The position numbers and the translations under genes are program-made. The notes below the pieces were generated by a model. That model was not told the origin of the DNA. It searched no databases and saw nothing but the letters and a program-made list of their open reading frames with translations. Below are positions 17,810 through 27,576 of a stretch of DNA of 64,000 bases, one piece after another. Origin of the DNA: a virus; IMG/VR virus record IMGVR_UViG_3300037459_000226, positions 11,542-75,541 of that record; one strand, written 5' to 3'. Positions within the stretch are counted from its first letter, which is position 1; every line of letters starts with the position of its first letter.

Positions 17810-18316
17810 TCAATTATCGCTCCGCTGTCGCTCCGCAAACTTCCGCACGACTCGTTCACCGAATTCCTTTTCAAACCTCCCGTCCGCATCACCGCCCAGG
17901 CTGTCCGCGTCGTCAACTGTCGCCCCGTGGCTGCGGAGGTATGACTTGAAATCACGGACGCGCTGTGCGTTCATTGCCCGGTCGTCAGGCGGGCCGTCGA
18001 TCCCGTGTGACCAGATCGTGAACGCCCGGCCGTCGGCCTCGACCAATTGTTCCATCGCCGCATCGCAGTGGAGCAAGCAGGAACAAACGGTGACGCGGTC
18101 GGCCGGATTCCCACGGACGTTGCGAACCCGGAACGGGCGGTTGCGCCTGTCGCCGTCGCGGTACTGGACAAGGATACCAAGTGCACCACTCTCGTTGACA
18201 AAACGGCTTTCCGGTGGCGTTCCCATCGTATCGAATAGTTCGATTTCCGAAGCGGACAATTCGGTTCGCTTGGTCCAAGGAATCAGGATTAAGCATCGGC
18301 GGTTCATATTGATCAT
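17810..18316 (-). CDS. Hypothetical protein
   Basis: 168-aa ORF in operon context. Confidence 0.55.
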   Translation of the reverse strand: MINMNRRCLILIPWTKRTELSASEIELFDTMGTPPESRFVNESGALGILVQYRDGDRRNRPFRVRNVRGNPADRVTVCSCLLHCDAAMEQLVEADGRAFTIWSHGIDGPPDDRAMNAQRVRDFKSYLRSHGATVDDADSLGGDADGRFEKEFGERVVRKFAERQRSDN

Positions 18317-18341
18317 CAGCCGTGGCTACTCGACTGTCTGG

Positions 18342-19655
18342 TTATTTGTCAGGCGTGGCCGTGTCATCGTCCTTGCGCCTGAGCCTGCTCGTCAGTGGCC
18401 CGCGCAGCATCCCGGCGACCAAAACCAACGCGCTGGCCGGTATACCAACCTTGGCCGCAACCACGGCTAGTCCCGCTTCTGCGCCCTTCACTGCTACCGC
18501 CTTGCCGATGGACCGGATGGAAGGGTGGCTGTCGACCTCGTCGCTGACTTGGCCTGTTACGAAATCCTCAAGGTGATCCCTCGTCTCTCTTCCAGCGGAT
18601 TTGAGGCGAGCATCAACGGGACCGTCTGCCGCGAGAAAGTTCTTCCCGAACGTCACCAGTTCACCCACGATAAACGGCTTCGCCACCGCAACCACGCGGC
18701 CCGGCAGGCTGGCTTTCGATTCGGCAACATCCGCTTTTGTCTCTTCGGTGATCTGCCGGTAGCGCTCGAGTTGTTCCTCTGTCGCGTACTGGGCGAGGTC
18801 TTGCAGCTTGACGTAGCCGAGTGCCCGCATCTGTGAGTCCAAGCCAGCACCTGATACCGACGCCATCTGCTGGGGTTGCTGTTGGGGATACCGTTGACGC
18901 GGCGCAACATTCAAGATTCCAAGCGTCAAGCCCTGCGCCTGTGTCTTTGGCGGGACGCGTTCGCACCACCCGTTCTGGCAGTTGAGCTGTGCTGCCTGTT
19001 CCCGCCAGCCAGATTCGGCTATGCGGATGCTCATTGCAAAACCGATGTTGGCCTGTGGTGCAGTGTCAATCGTTGTCCACGCCAGTAGGCCGCACGCTTC
19101 GTACCCTTCGCCGCGGTCCACAAGAATCGCCGATCCGCTACGGCCGTTGGCGGGGGCAGGCGTAAACGTCAACTCCCCATCTTTGCCCATGTTGATGATC
19201 CGCCCCTTAAACGCTGTCGGCGGCGGCTTCATATTGCGAAAGCCGACTGAAATCATGTCGACTCCCCTGCCGACTAAGGGAGACGTCAATCCAACGAACG
19301 GAATCACGGGAATCGACCGCGATGGCTTGCGGAACTCGACGACCGCAGCATCAAACGTAGGCGTCTCCCTCTTCCACAGCACCACACCCTCGACCCTCCG
19401 CTGTGGCTGTCCGCCGGGGAAGAACTGCAGGCTGACACGCGCATTTTTCTGGACGACGTGCCCGTTCGTGAGGACGCGGTAGTGCGTGTCGGTTTCCTCG
19501 AAGACGAACCCGGTGCCTCCGTGGCCGTGGGCGACGTCGGTCAACTGTTCGATGTAGCAGGTCGCGTCCCGGGCCTCCTCTAGAGTGACACCGGCATCGC
19601 ACCAGCCGGACAGCAGCCCGACGACCATGATTGCAGCAGCGATTGTGTGTTTCAT
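18342..19655 (-). CDS. Trypsin-like serine protease with signal peptide and C-terminal hydrophobic segment
   Basis: GTGF, LTNGHVV (His), FDAAVV (Asp), NGRSGS (Ser); N-terminal signal peptide. Confidence 0.8.
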   Translation of the reverse strand: MKHTIAAAIMVVGLLSGWCDAGVTLEEARDATCYIEQLTDVAHGHGGTGFVFEETDTHYRVLTNGHVVQKNARVSLQFFPGGQPQRRVEGVVLWKRETPTFDAAVVEFRKPSRSIPVIPFVGLTSPLVGRGVDMISVGFRNMKPPPTAFKGRIINMGKDGELTFTPAPANGRSGSAILVDRGEGYEACGLLAWTTIDTAPQANIGFAMSIRIAESGWREQAAQLNCQNGWCERVPPKTQAQGLTLGILNVAPRQRYPQQQPQQMASVSGAGLDSQMRALGYVKLQDLAQYATEEQLERYRQITEETKADVAESKASLPGRVVAVAKPFIVGELVTFGKNFLAADGPVDARLKSAGRETRDHLEDFVTGQVSDEVDSHPSIRSIGKAVAVKGAEAGLAVVAAKVGIPASALVLVAGMLRGPLTSRLRRKDDDTATPDK

Positions 19656-19714
19656 TTCAGCGTCTCCGTTTCATGTTTCTTGTTCCATTTGGCCTATCGA
19701 CATTTCTCGTCATC

Positions 19715-20314
19715 CTACGGGTTGACCATCGCGTATGCCACCTCAAGACACTTATCGTGCCATTCCGACTGGTTGTCCATCTCGCTGTGCTTGGCGTTCA
19801 ATTTCACCGGCGTCTGCATGATGGTGAACCGCGACGTTCGCTTCAGTTTGTGGCCGCGTGGCATGTTCTTTGTCTGGTAAAACTTCCAGACCTCGTCGAC
19901 GTTCGACGGTATCCAGATGGGCCTCCACGGCATGAACGCTCGCCACTTCATGAACCCGTGGTGAAGGACCGGGTCGCACAACACCGCCGACTTGACGTCG
20001 ATCCCGAGCCGTTGCAGCGACTTCGCGAGTTGTACGAAACCGAAGCCGCAGCCCCAAGAGTATCCGAAGATCGCTACATTCGGCGGCGGTCCCTTGCGCC
20101 CAAGCCGATAGACGAACTCGGCAGTGTGGTCAGTGTTTCCCTTCCACGGTTCCAGCATAACGAGAGTCTGTTGGCCGCTGAATTCGTATCTGAGTTTCGC
20201 GTAAAGACCCGTGCAACCGCTGCCGGCACTGCCCTTGTGCTGAGTGAAACCCGAGCGCACGATCAGCACGTTTGTGACCTGGTGGTCTTTGTTGGTGTGG
20301 TCGAACCCAGACAT
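19715..20314 (-). CDS. Alpha/beta-hydrolase-fold protein
   Basis: Nucleophile elbow GYSWG, LCDPV and a C-terminal His (KHSEMD). Confidence 0.65.
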   Translation of the reverse strand: MSGFDHTNKDHQVTNVLIVRSGFTQHKGSAGSGCTGLYAKLRYEFSGQQTLVMLEPWKGNTDHTAEFVYRLGRKGPPPNVAIFGYSWGCGFGFVQLAKSLQRLGIDVKSAVLCDPVLHHGFMKWRAFMPWRPIWIPSNVDEVWKFYQTKNMPRGHKLKRTSRFTIMQTPVKLNAKHSEMDNQSEWHDKCLEVAYAMVNP

Positions 20315-20550
20315 CAGTGCCCCTCTACAAAGTGGTTCACCAAGATCGGGGCGATCACGCTGACAGCCGCGATCGCTGCCATTCCCCACGCCAGCAGCCG
20401 CACGACCTTTTTGTCGAGCACGTGAATCTTGCCGTTGACCGCCTCGAACCTCGCGTCGTCTTCTCCAGCGCGCTCAAGGAGCCTGTCCATCTTGGCGGTC
20501 ATCGCGCCGCGCCACACGTTCCAGTCGTCGCCGCTGGGTGGATCGCTCAT
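20314..20550 (-). CDS. Small coiled-coil plus single-TM membrane protein (holin/hemolysin-like)
   Basis: WRGAMTAKMDRLL coiled coil followed by the hydrophobic LLAWGMAAIAAVSVIAPILV. Confidence 0.55.
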   Translation of the reverse strand: MSDPPSGDDWNVWRGAMTAKMDRLLERAGEDDARFEAVNGKIHVLDKKVVRLLAWGMAAIAAVSVIAPILVNHFVEGH

Positions 20551-20591
20551 GTCAGACGATTGTGGGGGATGCTGGGCGATCCGTCAACACG

Positions 20592-21101
20592 TCACACAAA
20601 TCCCTCAATTCGATTGCGGGGAGGTGGCTCGCTGTCGCTCACCTCGGAGCGATCCAGTCGGTAGCACATCACGTAGGCGTCTTCGGCGGTATCGTCGTAG
20701 TGGTGGCGCAAGACGTGGACCGACATGAAGCCATGCTCGCGGAAGAAGAGCTGTGCCGTCAGGTTCGATTCCCGGACTTCGAGCACAATATCCTTGCGGC
20801 GTTGCTGCTGGAGCTTCGTAATCAGCCGGTCGATCATCTGCCGGCCGACGGTCGAGCGCCGGAACAGTACGCCGACTGCGAAGTTGAGGATCTGGAGCCT
20901 GGACTTGTGCAGCTCGTAGATCATGAAGCCGACAATTCGTCCGTCGTGCTCGGCGACCATTCCGCTGCAGTTCCGCTGCTTGAGGCAGCAGAGGAAGTCG
21001 TCTTCGGTCCAGGAGAACTCGAAGCTTTCGCGTTCGATTTCGAGGACGTCCGGCATGTCGAGCAGGAGAATCCAGCGGATCTGGACTGTTATTGTGGTCA
21101 T
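20592..21101 (-). CDS. rimI: RimI-like ribosomal-protein-alanine N-acetyltransferase (GNAT)
   Basis: IRW...DMPDVLEIERESF..SW...VGFMIYEL...ILNFAV...RR..VGRQM...LEVRESN..AQLFF...GF...HY..EDAYVM. Confidence 0.85.
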   Translation of the reverse strand: MTTITVQIRWILLLDMPDVLEIERESFEFSWTEDDFLCCLKQRNCSGMVAEHDGRIVGFMIYELHKSRLQILNFAVGVLFRRSTVGRQMIDRLITKLQQQRRKDIVLEVRESNLTAQLFFREHGFMSVHVLRHHYDDTAEDAYVMCYRLDRSEVSDSEPPPRNRIEGFV

Positions 21102-21274
21102 TCCAGCTCCCTTTCCTTTTCCACCAATTCTTCCACATCCGACCGAATGTACCGGCGAATGAGTTCGCTACTGCTGATCCTCTGCCGGATCGCCTCGTGT
21201 TGAATTGCCACGTACTCATGCTGCGGCATCGTGATTGACAACTGTTTCTTTTGTCCGAGTGGGCTTATGGGCAT
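21098..21274 (-). CDS. Small ribbon-helix-helix-like protein (not in ORF track)
   Basis: MPISPLGQKKQLSITMPQHEYVAIQHEAIRQRISSSELIRRYI..., 58 aa; ATGA overlap with rimI. Confidence 0.6.
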   Translation of the reverse strand: MPISPLGQKKQLSITMPQHEYVAIQHEAIRQRISSSELIRRYIRSDVEELVEKERELE

Positions 21275-21456
21275 GGGGTGCTCAACCTCTCCACCTTTGG
21301 GAACTCCCTGATCTGCAACTTGGTCGGGAATTTGTCGAGGTCATGCTGCACCCGACCGTTGACGGTCACCTGTTTCACAAAACAGGCCACGCCGGCAGCG
21401 CGGCACTGATCCACGATGCTGACTGCCCACTCGTCTTCCATCGGGCCAGCAGGCAT
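21265..21456 (-). pseudogene. C-terminal fragment of DUF5131 (Gp37/Gp68-like) protein
   Basis: PM..EW..SI.DQCRAAGVACFVKQ...L.IREFP is the C-terminal DUF5131 signature; only 63 aa. Confidence 0.65.
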
Positions 21457-21459
21457 TGA

Positions 21460-21966
21460 TCAACCCTCCCTTGGCAGGGGATCAAATTGCCAAATTATAA
21501 CTTCGACGCCTACCCTGTCCGAGTAGATTTTGTGTTGCCTCCCCGACACGATCTGTGCGTCGTCGTAGTAGATCACCTTTGTCAGCGCGTCCTCAACACC
21601 TCTCGCAAATTTCAGGGCATCAGGCGCCATCGTGGGGTAGTCTGGGGCCGCTTTTGTCAAGAGGTGCGAGGTCGACCGGCCGCTTCGGTAGTGAGACTTC
21701 GGACGAATTGCATGAAACACCATCTCGACCACCACCGCTCCGGTGACGAGGTCCTTTCCGCCCCACACCTTTCTCGCCACGGCTTTCACTTGTTTCTTCC
21801 ACGCATCAACTTTCTTGTTCGCATCGACGACCGACACCCCGATCTTTCCCATGTTCCTATCACAACTCGGGCAGCGATCGCCGTCCACCCGCAGATACCC
21901 AAAGCCGACCTTGCTGCCGGCGGGCTCCGGTTTGGCGTGCACGAAAAACCTTGCGATCTCTTTCAC
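21460..21966 (-). CDS. rusA: RusA-like Holliday junction resolvase
   Basis: P.PAGSK, RPKSHY, PD..K..R.VEDALT..IY.DDAQIV; GTG start after GGGAG. Confidence 0.85.
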   Translation of the reverse strand: MKEIARFFVHAKPEPAGSKVGFGYLRVDGDRCPSCDRNMGKIGVSVVDANKKVDAWKKQVKAVARKVWGGKDLVTGAVVVEMVFHAIRPKSHYRSGRSTSHLLTKAAPDYPTMAPDALKFARGVEDALTKVIYYDDAQIVSGRQHKIYSDRVGVEVIIWQFDPLPREG

Positions 21967-21976
21967 GATGCGCTCC

Positions 21977-23755
21977 CTACAACTCTTCCGGAAACAGGAG
22001 TTTCTTGTCCGCGAGAACCAATCCGTGCGATGGGTATTCGACAAGACCGATCTTTTTCAGTAGTCGTATATTTCCGTCGAACGCGCTGGATGCAACGGAG
22101 ACTTCGGCTGCATCAGCCAAATCCTGTCGCCCAATTTCTCGCGGGTATCTCGCGATCAATACGTCGAGCAGCTTAACGTGGGCCGGCTTCAAGGCTGGGC
22201 ACCGCCTCCATGCCTCATGAAGATCGTCGGTCGTCAACAAGCGATCGGTCGCCCTTGCACGCTCGCGACCTGCATCCGTAATCGCAAGAACGCCAGCGTT
22301 GGGGTACGACAACAACTCCTCTGCCTTCAGGCATCTGACGTTTCCATCGAAAGCGCTGCTTTTCGGCGACACTCCAGCGACGGCCGCCACGACGGCTCGC
22401 TCTGGTGCCAACACACCCATCGCCTCCAGCGAAGCGAGTGAGTCGAGCAGCTTTTGGTACTTCTTATGGAGAGGCTCTCCGTCGTAGGTCGCCTGTGTCG
22501 ATTGAGTAGCTCGCTGGACGTCCTCCCGGCGGATGACCGACTTCGATCGAAGCGGCGGATTCAACACAACCGGTGACGCTGGCGGCTCGGATATCTGAGG
22601 CACCGCTTCGCCGTTGGAGGCGCTCTCCTGATGGATCTTGGCGAGACTCGCAGCGAGATTGTCGTGAGCCCGGTGCAACGTGGCGATTTGGCCCCTCCAG
22701 TGAAGGTTGCTTTTCGCCTCGGCCACGGTGACGGCTCGACTGATGGATTCTTTGTCGGCAACCGGCACCTGGCCATCACGCTGTTTTTCCAGCTTTGTGA
22801 TATCCCGCTTCAACGCAGCAACGACTTTCTTGAGTTCCGCCGGGTCGTTGTCCTGATGACGTTTAATCGTGTCGGCCATTGAGTCCCGCAGCGCGCCAAG
22901 ATCCAGGTCGGACCGCTTGGTTGGTTGCCGGCGGCGCTGGCCGGGTTTTGGCGTGGCAGCAGAATCGAAAGTCGAGCGCCGGCGAATTTGGTAGCGGCCG
23001 AAGAGGTCCAGCCAAGCCGGAGACCACACCCATGCCTCACCGTCCTTTAGCTTCGCGATGCTGCCGAGAAGCGCCGCCTTCTGTTCGTCAGTCCCGTGGG
23101 CGTCGGTCCAAAGTTTAACGGCCTTGATGTCCGTCGCGCCTGTGCAACGGTGGGCGATCAGCACCTCCAACTGCGTCGGGAGATCCTTGTTGACCTTGGC
23201 GGTCCGCTGAACGATCGCCGTGACTCCGAGACCGCTTGATCTGCCACGTAGCGCGATATGGCTGATCGCCGCGACCATCTTCGCGTCTTCTGCGCGCACA
23301 GTTTGCGGTGCAAACAACTCAGCTTCTTCGAGTATCAGATGCAACGGGTCCTGGTTCTTGCGGTAGAGTTGCAATGCGAATTCTGTGACAAATCTCTTGA
23401 TGCCGGACTGGCTGAGATGTTTCACGCTTAAGATCGCGGACATCCCTTCTTTCATCAGCAGATCCGCGATGAACTTTCCCGAAGTGTCTTCCAGCGGCAC
23501 GTCGGCTTTATGGCCTCCGAAGATCACCACCTCCAGCCCGGCTTGTTTACCGTCGAACGACGATACCGCCCCCCACCAGTTGTCCATCGGGTCGACCACG
23601 ACCGCAGGCAAGCCCGCCCGTACCAACTCCTCAAACATCACCACGCCGGTGTTCGACTTCCCACTGCCCCGCTTTCCGAGAATGACGAACGTCTGCGTCA
23701 CCGTCTCGTGGGGCAGAAACAGTTTCGGCGCCAGCTTTAACCTATTGGCCATCAA
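21977..23755 (-). CDS. HerA/FtsK-like ATPase (DUF87-type) with C-terminal winged-helix repeats
   Basis: Walker A GKRGSGKS, VVVDP, Walker B LILEEAELFAPQ, RGRSSG, QR; two similar C-terminal units (..SSAFDGN.R.LK...L..YP). Confidence 0.8.
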   Translation of the reverse strand: MMANRLKLAPKLFLPHETVTQTFVILGKRGSGKSNTGVVMFEELVRAGLPAVVVDPMDNWWGAVSSFDGKQAGLEVVIFGGHKADVPLEDTSGKFIADLLMKEGMSAILSVKHLSQSGIKRFVTEFALQLYRKNQDPLHLILEEAELFAPQTVRAEDAKMVAAISHIALRGRSSGLGVTAIVQRTAKVNKDLPTQLEVLIAHRCTGATDIKAVKLWTDAHGTDEQKAALLGSIAKLKDGEAWVWSPAWLDLFGRYQIRRRSTFDSAATPKPGQRRRQPTKRSDLDLGALRDSMADTIKRHQDNDPAELKKVVAALKRDITKLEKQRDGQVPVADKESISRAVTVAEAKSNLHWRGQIATLHRAHDNLAASLAKIHQESASNGEAVPQISEPPASPVVLNPPLRSKSVIRREDVQRATQSTQATYDGEPLHKKYQKLLDSLASLEAMGVLAPERAVVAAVAGVSPKSSAFDGNVRCLKAEELLSYPNAGVLAITDAGRERARATDRLLTTDDLHEAWRRCPALKPAHVKLLDVLIARYPREIGRQDLADAAEVSVASSAFDGNIRLLKKIGLVEYPSHGLVLADKKLLFPEEL

Positions 23756-23769
23756 TGCCTCCCAACTGA

Positions 23770-24132
23770 TTACAAGTCATCAATGCGTTGTTCGATGAGA
23801 TCGGCGAGTTCCCGGAATGACACACCGTCGTCGTTTTGGTTTGCGAGACACTGTCGGTATCCGGACCCAAAGTGCCCAAAGGTATCACGGAAGCCGAACC
23901 AATCCCTTACGGCCAACGACATATTCTCCTGATGACCCATAAACCGGTAGTACCCGTAGGGAGTCGCTTCCCATTTTTCGTAGGGATGTGATTTCTGATA
24001 GATATCGCACGCAACACCGAGGACGCAGAATGATGATCCTTCTCGAATATGAGATCCGTAGCACTGCGTGTACTTTCCGCCCCGCAGCGCTGCAACGAGT
24101 AATCTAACTGGCGCGGTCATGTTTGCCATCAC
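23770..24132 (-). CDS. Conserved-type phage hypothetical protein
   Basis: ALRGG.Y.Q...CVLGVACD...ND.G.SF.E.AD.IE. Confidence 0.7.
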   Translation of the reverse strand: MMANMTAPVRLLVAALRGGKYTQCYGSHIREGSSFCVLGVACDIYQKSHPYEKWEATPYGYYRFMGHQENMSLAVRDWFGFRDTFGHFGSGYRQCLANQNDDGVSFRELADLIEQRIDDL

Positions 24133-24225
24133 ACTCTCCTCTTATGAAACGCCGGCCTCCCACCGGACTCGGGCTTGATGACGCGGCCTTGCGGTCGGCG
24201 CGGAACCGACAACTGCGAAGCTGAA

Positions 24226-24507
24226 TCACTCTTCTTCTTCCGTCGCCGCCGTGTCCTTCGGTTTTTCGTACTTCACCTTGTCCTCGTTGGTGAGAACCAG
24301 ATTCTTTGTACCTTCTCTCACGGGGCAGCGCGCAACTTGGTGCTTTCGCATCAACTCCTTCAGATTGTCGTCTGCTGTGTTGAACCTCTTGGTTGCGGCC
24401 GATTTGGCGCGGTGCATCTTGTCGTAGACGTCCGCCGCATCTTTCACCGGTTTCGGCGGAGGCTTGTCCCGCCAGTCCGCCATCGAGCCTGTTTCCTGAT
24501 CTGCCAT
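24226..24507 (-). CDS. Hypothetical protein
   Basis: Start MADQETGS after GGGAGG. Confidence 0.6.
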   Translation of the reverse strand: MADQETGSMADWRDKPPPKPVKDAADVYDKMHRAKSAATKRFNTADDNLKELMRKHQVARCPVREGTKNLVLTNEDKVKYEKPKDTAATEEEE

Positions 24508-24520
24508 CCGAGCCTCCCTT

Positions 24521-25879
24521 TCAAAAACCAAGGTCCTGTTGTGAGAAGTCGCTATGCGGATCATCGAACCGCATTACGCTTCCCGAAAACTCAAGATTCA
24601 CCGGGCCGGTTTGCCCATTTCTATGCTTTTTCACCCATAGCACCGCCCGCTTGTCATCATCCTCGACTGGCTCGGCGGGATCTCTGCCCACCCACTTCGC
24701 CGGTCGCTGGATCATCCACACGAGATCCGCGTCCTGTTCGATGGCACCACTCTCTCGGAGATCCGACAGCCTGGGCTCACTGTTGGGACGCTTTTCAATT
24801 TCTCGGTTCAACTGAGCCAGCACAATGATGACCACGTTCAGCGAGCGGGCGAGGTGTTTGATGCCCTGACTGATCTCCGCAACCTGCACTTCTCGTGGGT
24901 CGCGCCTGGTGCGCGGGGCGATCAGTTGTATGTAATCTATGATGATGAGCTTGACCCCGTCCCGGCGCACTTTCAATCGAGCGTATCCGGCGATCTGCTG
25001 CATGTTTCTCGGAACGCGGTCGTCGACGAATATGTTGGCGTCCGAAAGCTCTGAGGATTTTTCCAGCAGTAACGTCCGGTCCTCTTCGCGTAGATTATTG
25101 GTCTTAATGTCGCGAAACGGGAGTTTCGACTTGATCGACAGCATCCTCTCGGCAATTTCCAGGGCCGATTGTTCAAGGCTGACAAACAGAACTCCCGTGC
25201 CGTTGTCGGCGCAATTGATTGCCATACTGAGGGCCAATGCCGTCTTCCCGACCGATACCCGAGCGGCGAGCACGATCACATTTCCGCCCTCCAGGCCAGC
25301 CGTAAGATCGTCGAGTGCCTTGTAGCCGGTGAACACGAGGTCCCTTCGCTCTCGGCTCCGCTCGTCGAAAACCTGGAAGAGTACCTCGGTCAGATCCACT
25401 GCGTCTGCCCCGATGTCCCTTTCGATCTGGCGGTGAATCGCTGACTCGGCTTCAGCGACAATGTCCTTGTAGTCCTTCCCCTCGTCGAAGGCTTCCCGGA
25501 TCATTTCGGACCCGGTGTCGATCAGTTGGCGGCGCTGCGAACGATCCTGCACGATCTCCGCGTAGTATTTCGCGTGCGATGGGTGTGCCACGGCTTCAAG
25601 AAGCTCCGCCAGATACTTCGCGCCGCCGACGTCCGAGAGTGCTTTCTTCTGTCCCAGTTCAGCAAACACCGTCACCGGATCGATCCCGTGGACGCCTTCC
25701 CCGTGCATCCGCAACATCGTCGCGTAGATCCGTTGGTTCGCGTCGTTGTAGAAGTCGGCGTCATCGAGAAGTTCAGCCACCACGTCGATCGCGTCCCGCG
25801 CCATCAGCATCGAACCCAGAACGGCCCGTTCCGCCTCCAAGGCGTGCGGCGGCACTTTCGTGAATGGATTATCCGTCAC
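24521..25879 (-). CDS. dnaB: Replicative DNA helicase DnaB
   Basis: PPH..EAE.AVLG, AARVSVGKT, SLEQ, IIDYIQL, AQLNR, LSDLRESGAIEQDAD, K.RNG.TG. Confidence 0.95.
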   Translation of the reverse strand: MTDNPFTKVPPHALEAERAVLGSMLMARDAIDVVAELLDDADFYNDANQRIYATMLRMHGEGVHGIDPVTVFAELGQKKALSDVGGAKYLAELLEAVAHPSHAKYYAEIVQDRSQRRQLIDTGSEMIREAFDEGKDYKDIVAEAESAIHRQIERDIGADAVDLTEVLFQVFDERSRERRDLVFTGYKALDDLTAGLEGGNVIVLAARVSVGKTALALSMAINCADNGTGVLFVSLEQSALEIAERMLSIKSKLPFRDIKTNNLREEDRTLLLEKSSELSDANIFVDDRVPRNMQQIAGYARLKVRRDGVKLIIIDYIQLIAPRTRRDPREVQVAEISQGIKHLARSLNVVIIVLAQLNREIEKRPNSEPRLSDLRESGAIEQDADLVWMIQRPAKWVGRDPAEPVEDDDKRAVLWVKKHRNGQTGPVNLEFSGSVMRFDDPHSDFSQQDLGF

Positions 25880-26159
25880 CTAACGCTCCTTTGGACGCTA
25901 ACCAGAGATTCAAGTCCTCTGCCAACTCCGGTTTTTCTTGTTCGCACGAGAGGACGTACGCTGCGATTGCTGCGACTGCGTGCCGGTCGTGCGTCAGGTC
26001 GAGCACGAAGTAATCGCAGCCGTGATGCTTCTTTCCCGGACGGGAACCCCCGTCTGTTCTCTGGACTACGAACTTCCCGTAGATTCCAGGGTTGGGTTTG
26101 CATGGCATTTCCGCGAAGAACGGTCCGCCGTGTGTGCTGTCGTCAATTCCACCGGGCAT
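25869..26159 (-). CDS. Conserved-type phage hypothetical protein
   Basis: G.YGKF.V.RTDG...KH..C.YFVLDLTHD.HA..A..AY. Confidence 0.7.
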   Translation of the reverse strand: MPGGIDDSTHGGPFFAEMPCKPNPGIYGKFVVQRTDGGSRPGKKHHGCDYFVLDLTHDRHAVAAIAAYVLSCEQEKPELAEDLNLWLASKGALGDG

Positions 26160-26297
26160 TTTATCGCTCCTTTGGCGCAACCTGGATTCGTCCGTTGTGA
26201 AGCAACTGCTTGACCGCCTTGTTGCGATCGCGTGTGGACCGATACCACTGAAGGTGGCGACGGCGGCCGTGAGTGACTTGGTCGAGTCCGAACTGTT

Positions 26298-26597
26298 TCA
26301 TTTTCCGTCTCCTGCAAGATCCGCGTCGATTTTTGGTTGGCTGACAGGCTCGTCCCGGCATGCCTGTACGATATTGGTCACTAAGCCCTCCGGGGCTACT
26401 AAAATTCCAAGCCACGCGATGAACGCCCCCAGCATGGCGGCAAGGACAAGCACAACGGTGGCGAGAACGAAGACAGCCGACAACACGCCGAAGGCGATCA
26501 CCGCCGGGAGGAGAAACGCGATGGCCGCAAAGATTATCAGGATGTGAGTGATCCATAATCGAACAACGGCGAGTACACGAAACAGCAGACGTTTCAT
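26298..26597 (-). CDS. Small membrane protein
   Basis: Long hydrophobic stretch, about 2 TM segments. Confidence 0.55.
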   Translation of the reverse strand: MKRLLFRVLAVVRLWITHILIIFAAIAFLLPAVIAFGVLSAVFVLATVVLVLAAMLGAFIAWLGILVAPEGLVTNIVQACRDEPVSQPKIDADLAGDGK

Positions 26598-27025
26598 TTT
26601 GACTTCTCCGCGACAAACTTCAGGATGGCCCCGCAGATTGCCAGCGGGCCTGTTTCATGGATGTCGGCGAGCTTGCCATGTTCAAGGATGTCGCAATTGT
26701 CATCGCCAACACGAGTCCGCCAGAGCGCCCAGTCGGGACCTACATCTAAGGTCCCAATAACATGGTTCGTTGCGAGTTCAGGGCTGAGGATGAAGGCCGC
26801 CATCGCGTAATTCCAGTCCGTCGAGTAGGGCGGGATGCAGGGGCCGGGATCCGCGTCCCCTGCACTCTCGGAGAGATCGTATTCGCCGCAATGCTTGCAA
26901 CGGTACAGGTTCACGTAGAAGCTGCATTCCCCCGTCGGATGCCAGCCGTGCTCCTCCCGCACCGTCCCCAGCGCTTCGGCGACCTTCCTGTCTGTTTCTG
27001 GACCGGCTTCGATTTCTTCTGTCAT
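26594..27025 (-). CDS. Phage ABA-sandwich/BC1872-like protein
   Basis: D.KVAEALG...PPYSTDW..A...PLAIC.A.L. Confidence 0.6.
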   Translation of the reverse strand: MTEEIEAGPETDRKVAEALGTVREEHGWHPTGECSFYVNLYRCKHCGEYDLSESAGDADPGPCIPPYSTDWNYAMAAFILSPELATNHVIGTLDVGPDWALWRTRVGDDNCDILEHGKLADIHETGPLAICGAILKFVAEKSK

Positions 27026-27576
27026 GTCAGAAATCCTTTCACGTTGCCGTCAACCTCGTCACCACACTGCGTCCAGCCCTTGCGGTGGAATCGGGCGAAC
27101 ATTTCGAGACGCGGCCCTGGGCTGCACGCTTCGATGATGTCGTACATCTCGTCCGGCTTCCGCGAATGCTCTCTCTTCCGCGTGGCCAACAGGTTGACCT
27201 GCCGACGTCCGGGGGCGAGTGTCCGCATCTTTCCGCGAACTCCGAACAACAGCAACTCGGTGACGTTCCGAAAGTAGAACCCGACGCCGCGGCCGTCCGG
27301 GCCTCCGTCCTTGCGGATCTTGTACCAGACGAGATTCGATACGTATCGGAAACCCCAGGCTTCCATCACGGCCAGTCCGTCGGGCAACATCGCGTTCGGA
27401 ACCCACAGGTAGAGGTGGCTCTTGTCGGCGGCGTGTTCGGCGACGTTCAGGGCACAGATATCGTCGAGTTTCATCGTCTCGTACCGCTTCAACCGCCTGT
27501 GCTCGGGCGCAACTTTGCCGGTTCGGTTTCGGAACCGCCACGGTGGATCGGCGAGGATCGTTCTGAACTTCTTCAT
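27022..27576 (-). CDS. MT-A70 family adenine methyltransferase
   Basis: ILADPPW, HLYLWVPN, WGF.Y, FRNVTELLLFG, REHSRKP, LEMFAR. Confidence 0.92.
   Translation of the reverse strand: MKKFRTILADPPWRFRNRTGKVAPEHRRLKRYETMKLDDICALNVAEHAADKSHLYLWVPNAMLPDGLAVMEAWGFRYVSNLVWYKIRKDGGPDGRGVGFYFRNVTELLLFGVRGKMRTLAPGRRQVNLLATRKREHSRKPDEMYDIIEACSPGPRLEMFARFHRKGWTQCGDEVDGNVKGFLT

Noticed and set aside
21977-23755. HerA ATPase as part of a Sir2-HerA or nuclease-HerA defence system
   Set aside because: There is no adjacent Sir2, NurA or similar partner; the gene sits in the phage replication operon between DnaB and RusA.
24165-24215. Hammerhead-like TTGATGA...CGCG/CGCG-GAA segment
   Set aside because: The core deviates from CUGAUGA/GAAA, stem I and a cleavage triplet cannot be formed, and it lies antisense to the operon.
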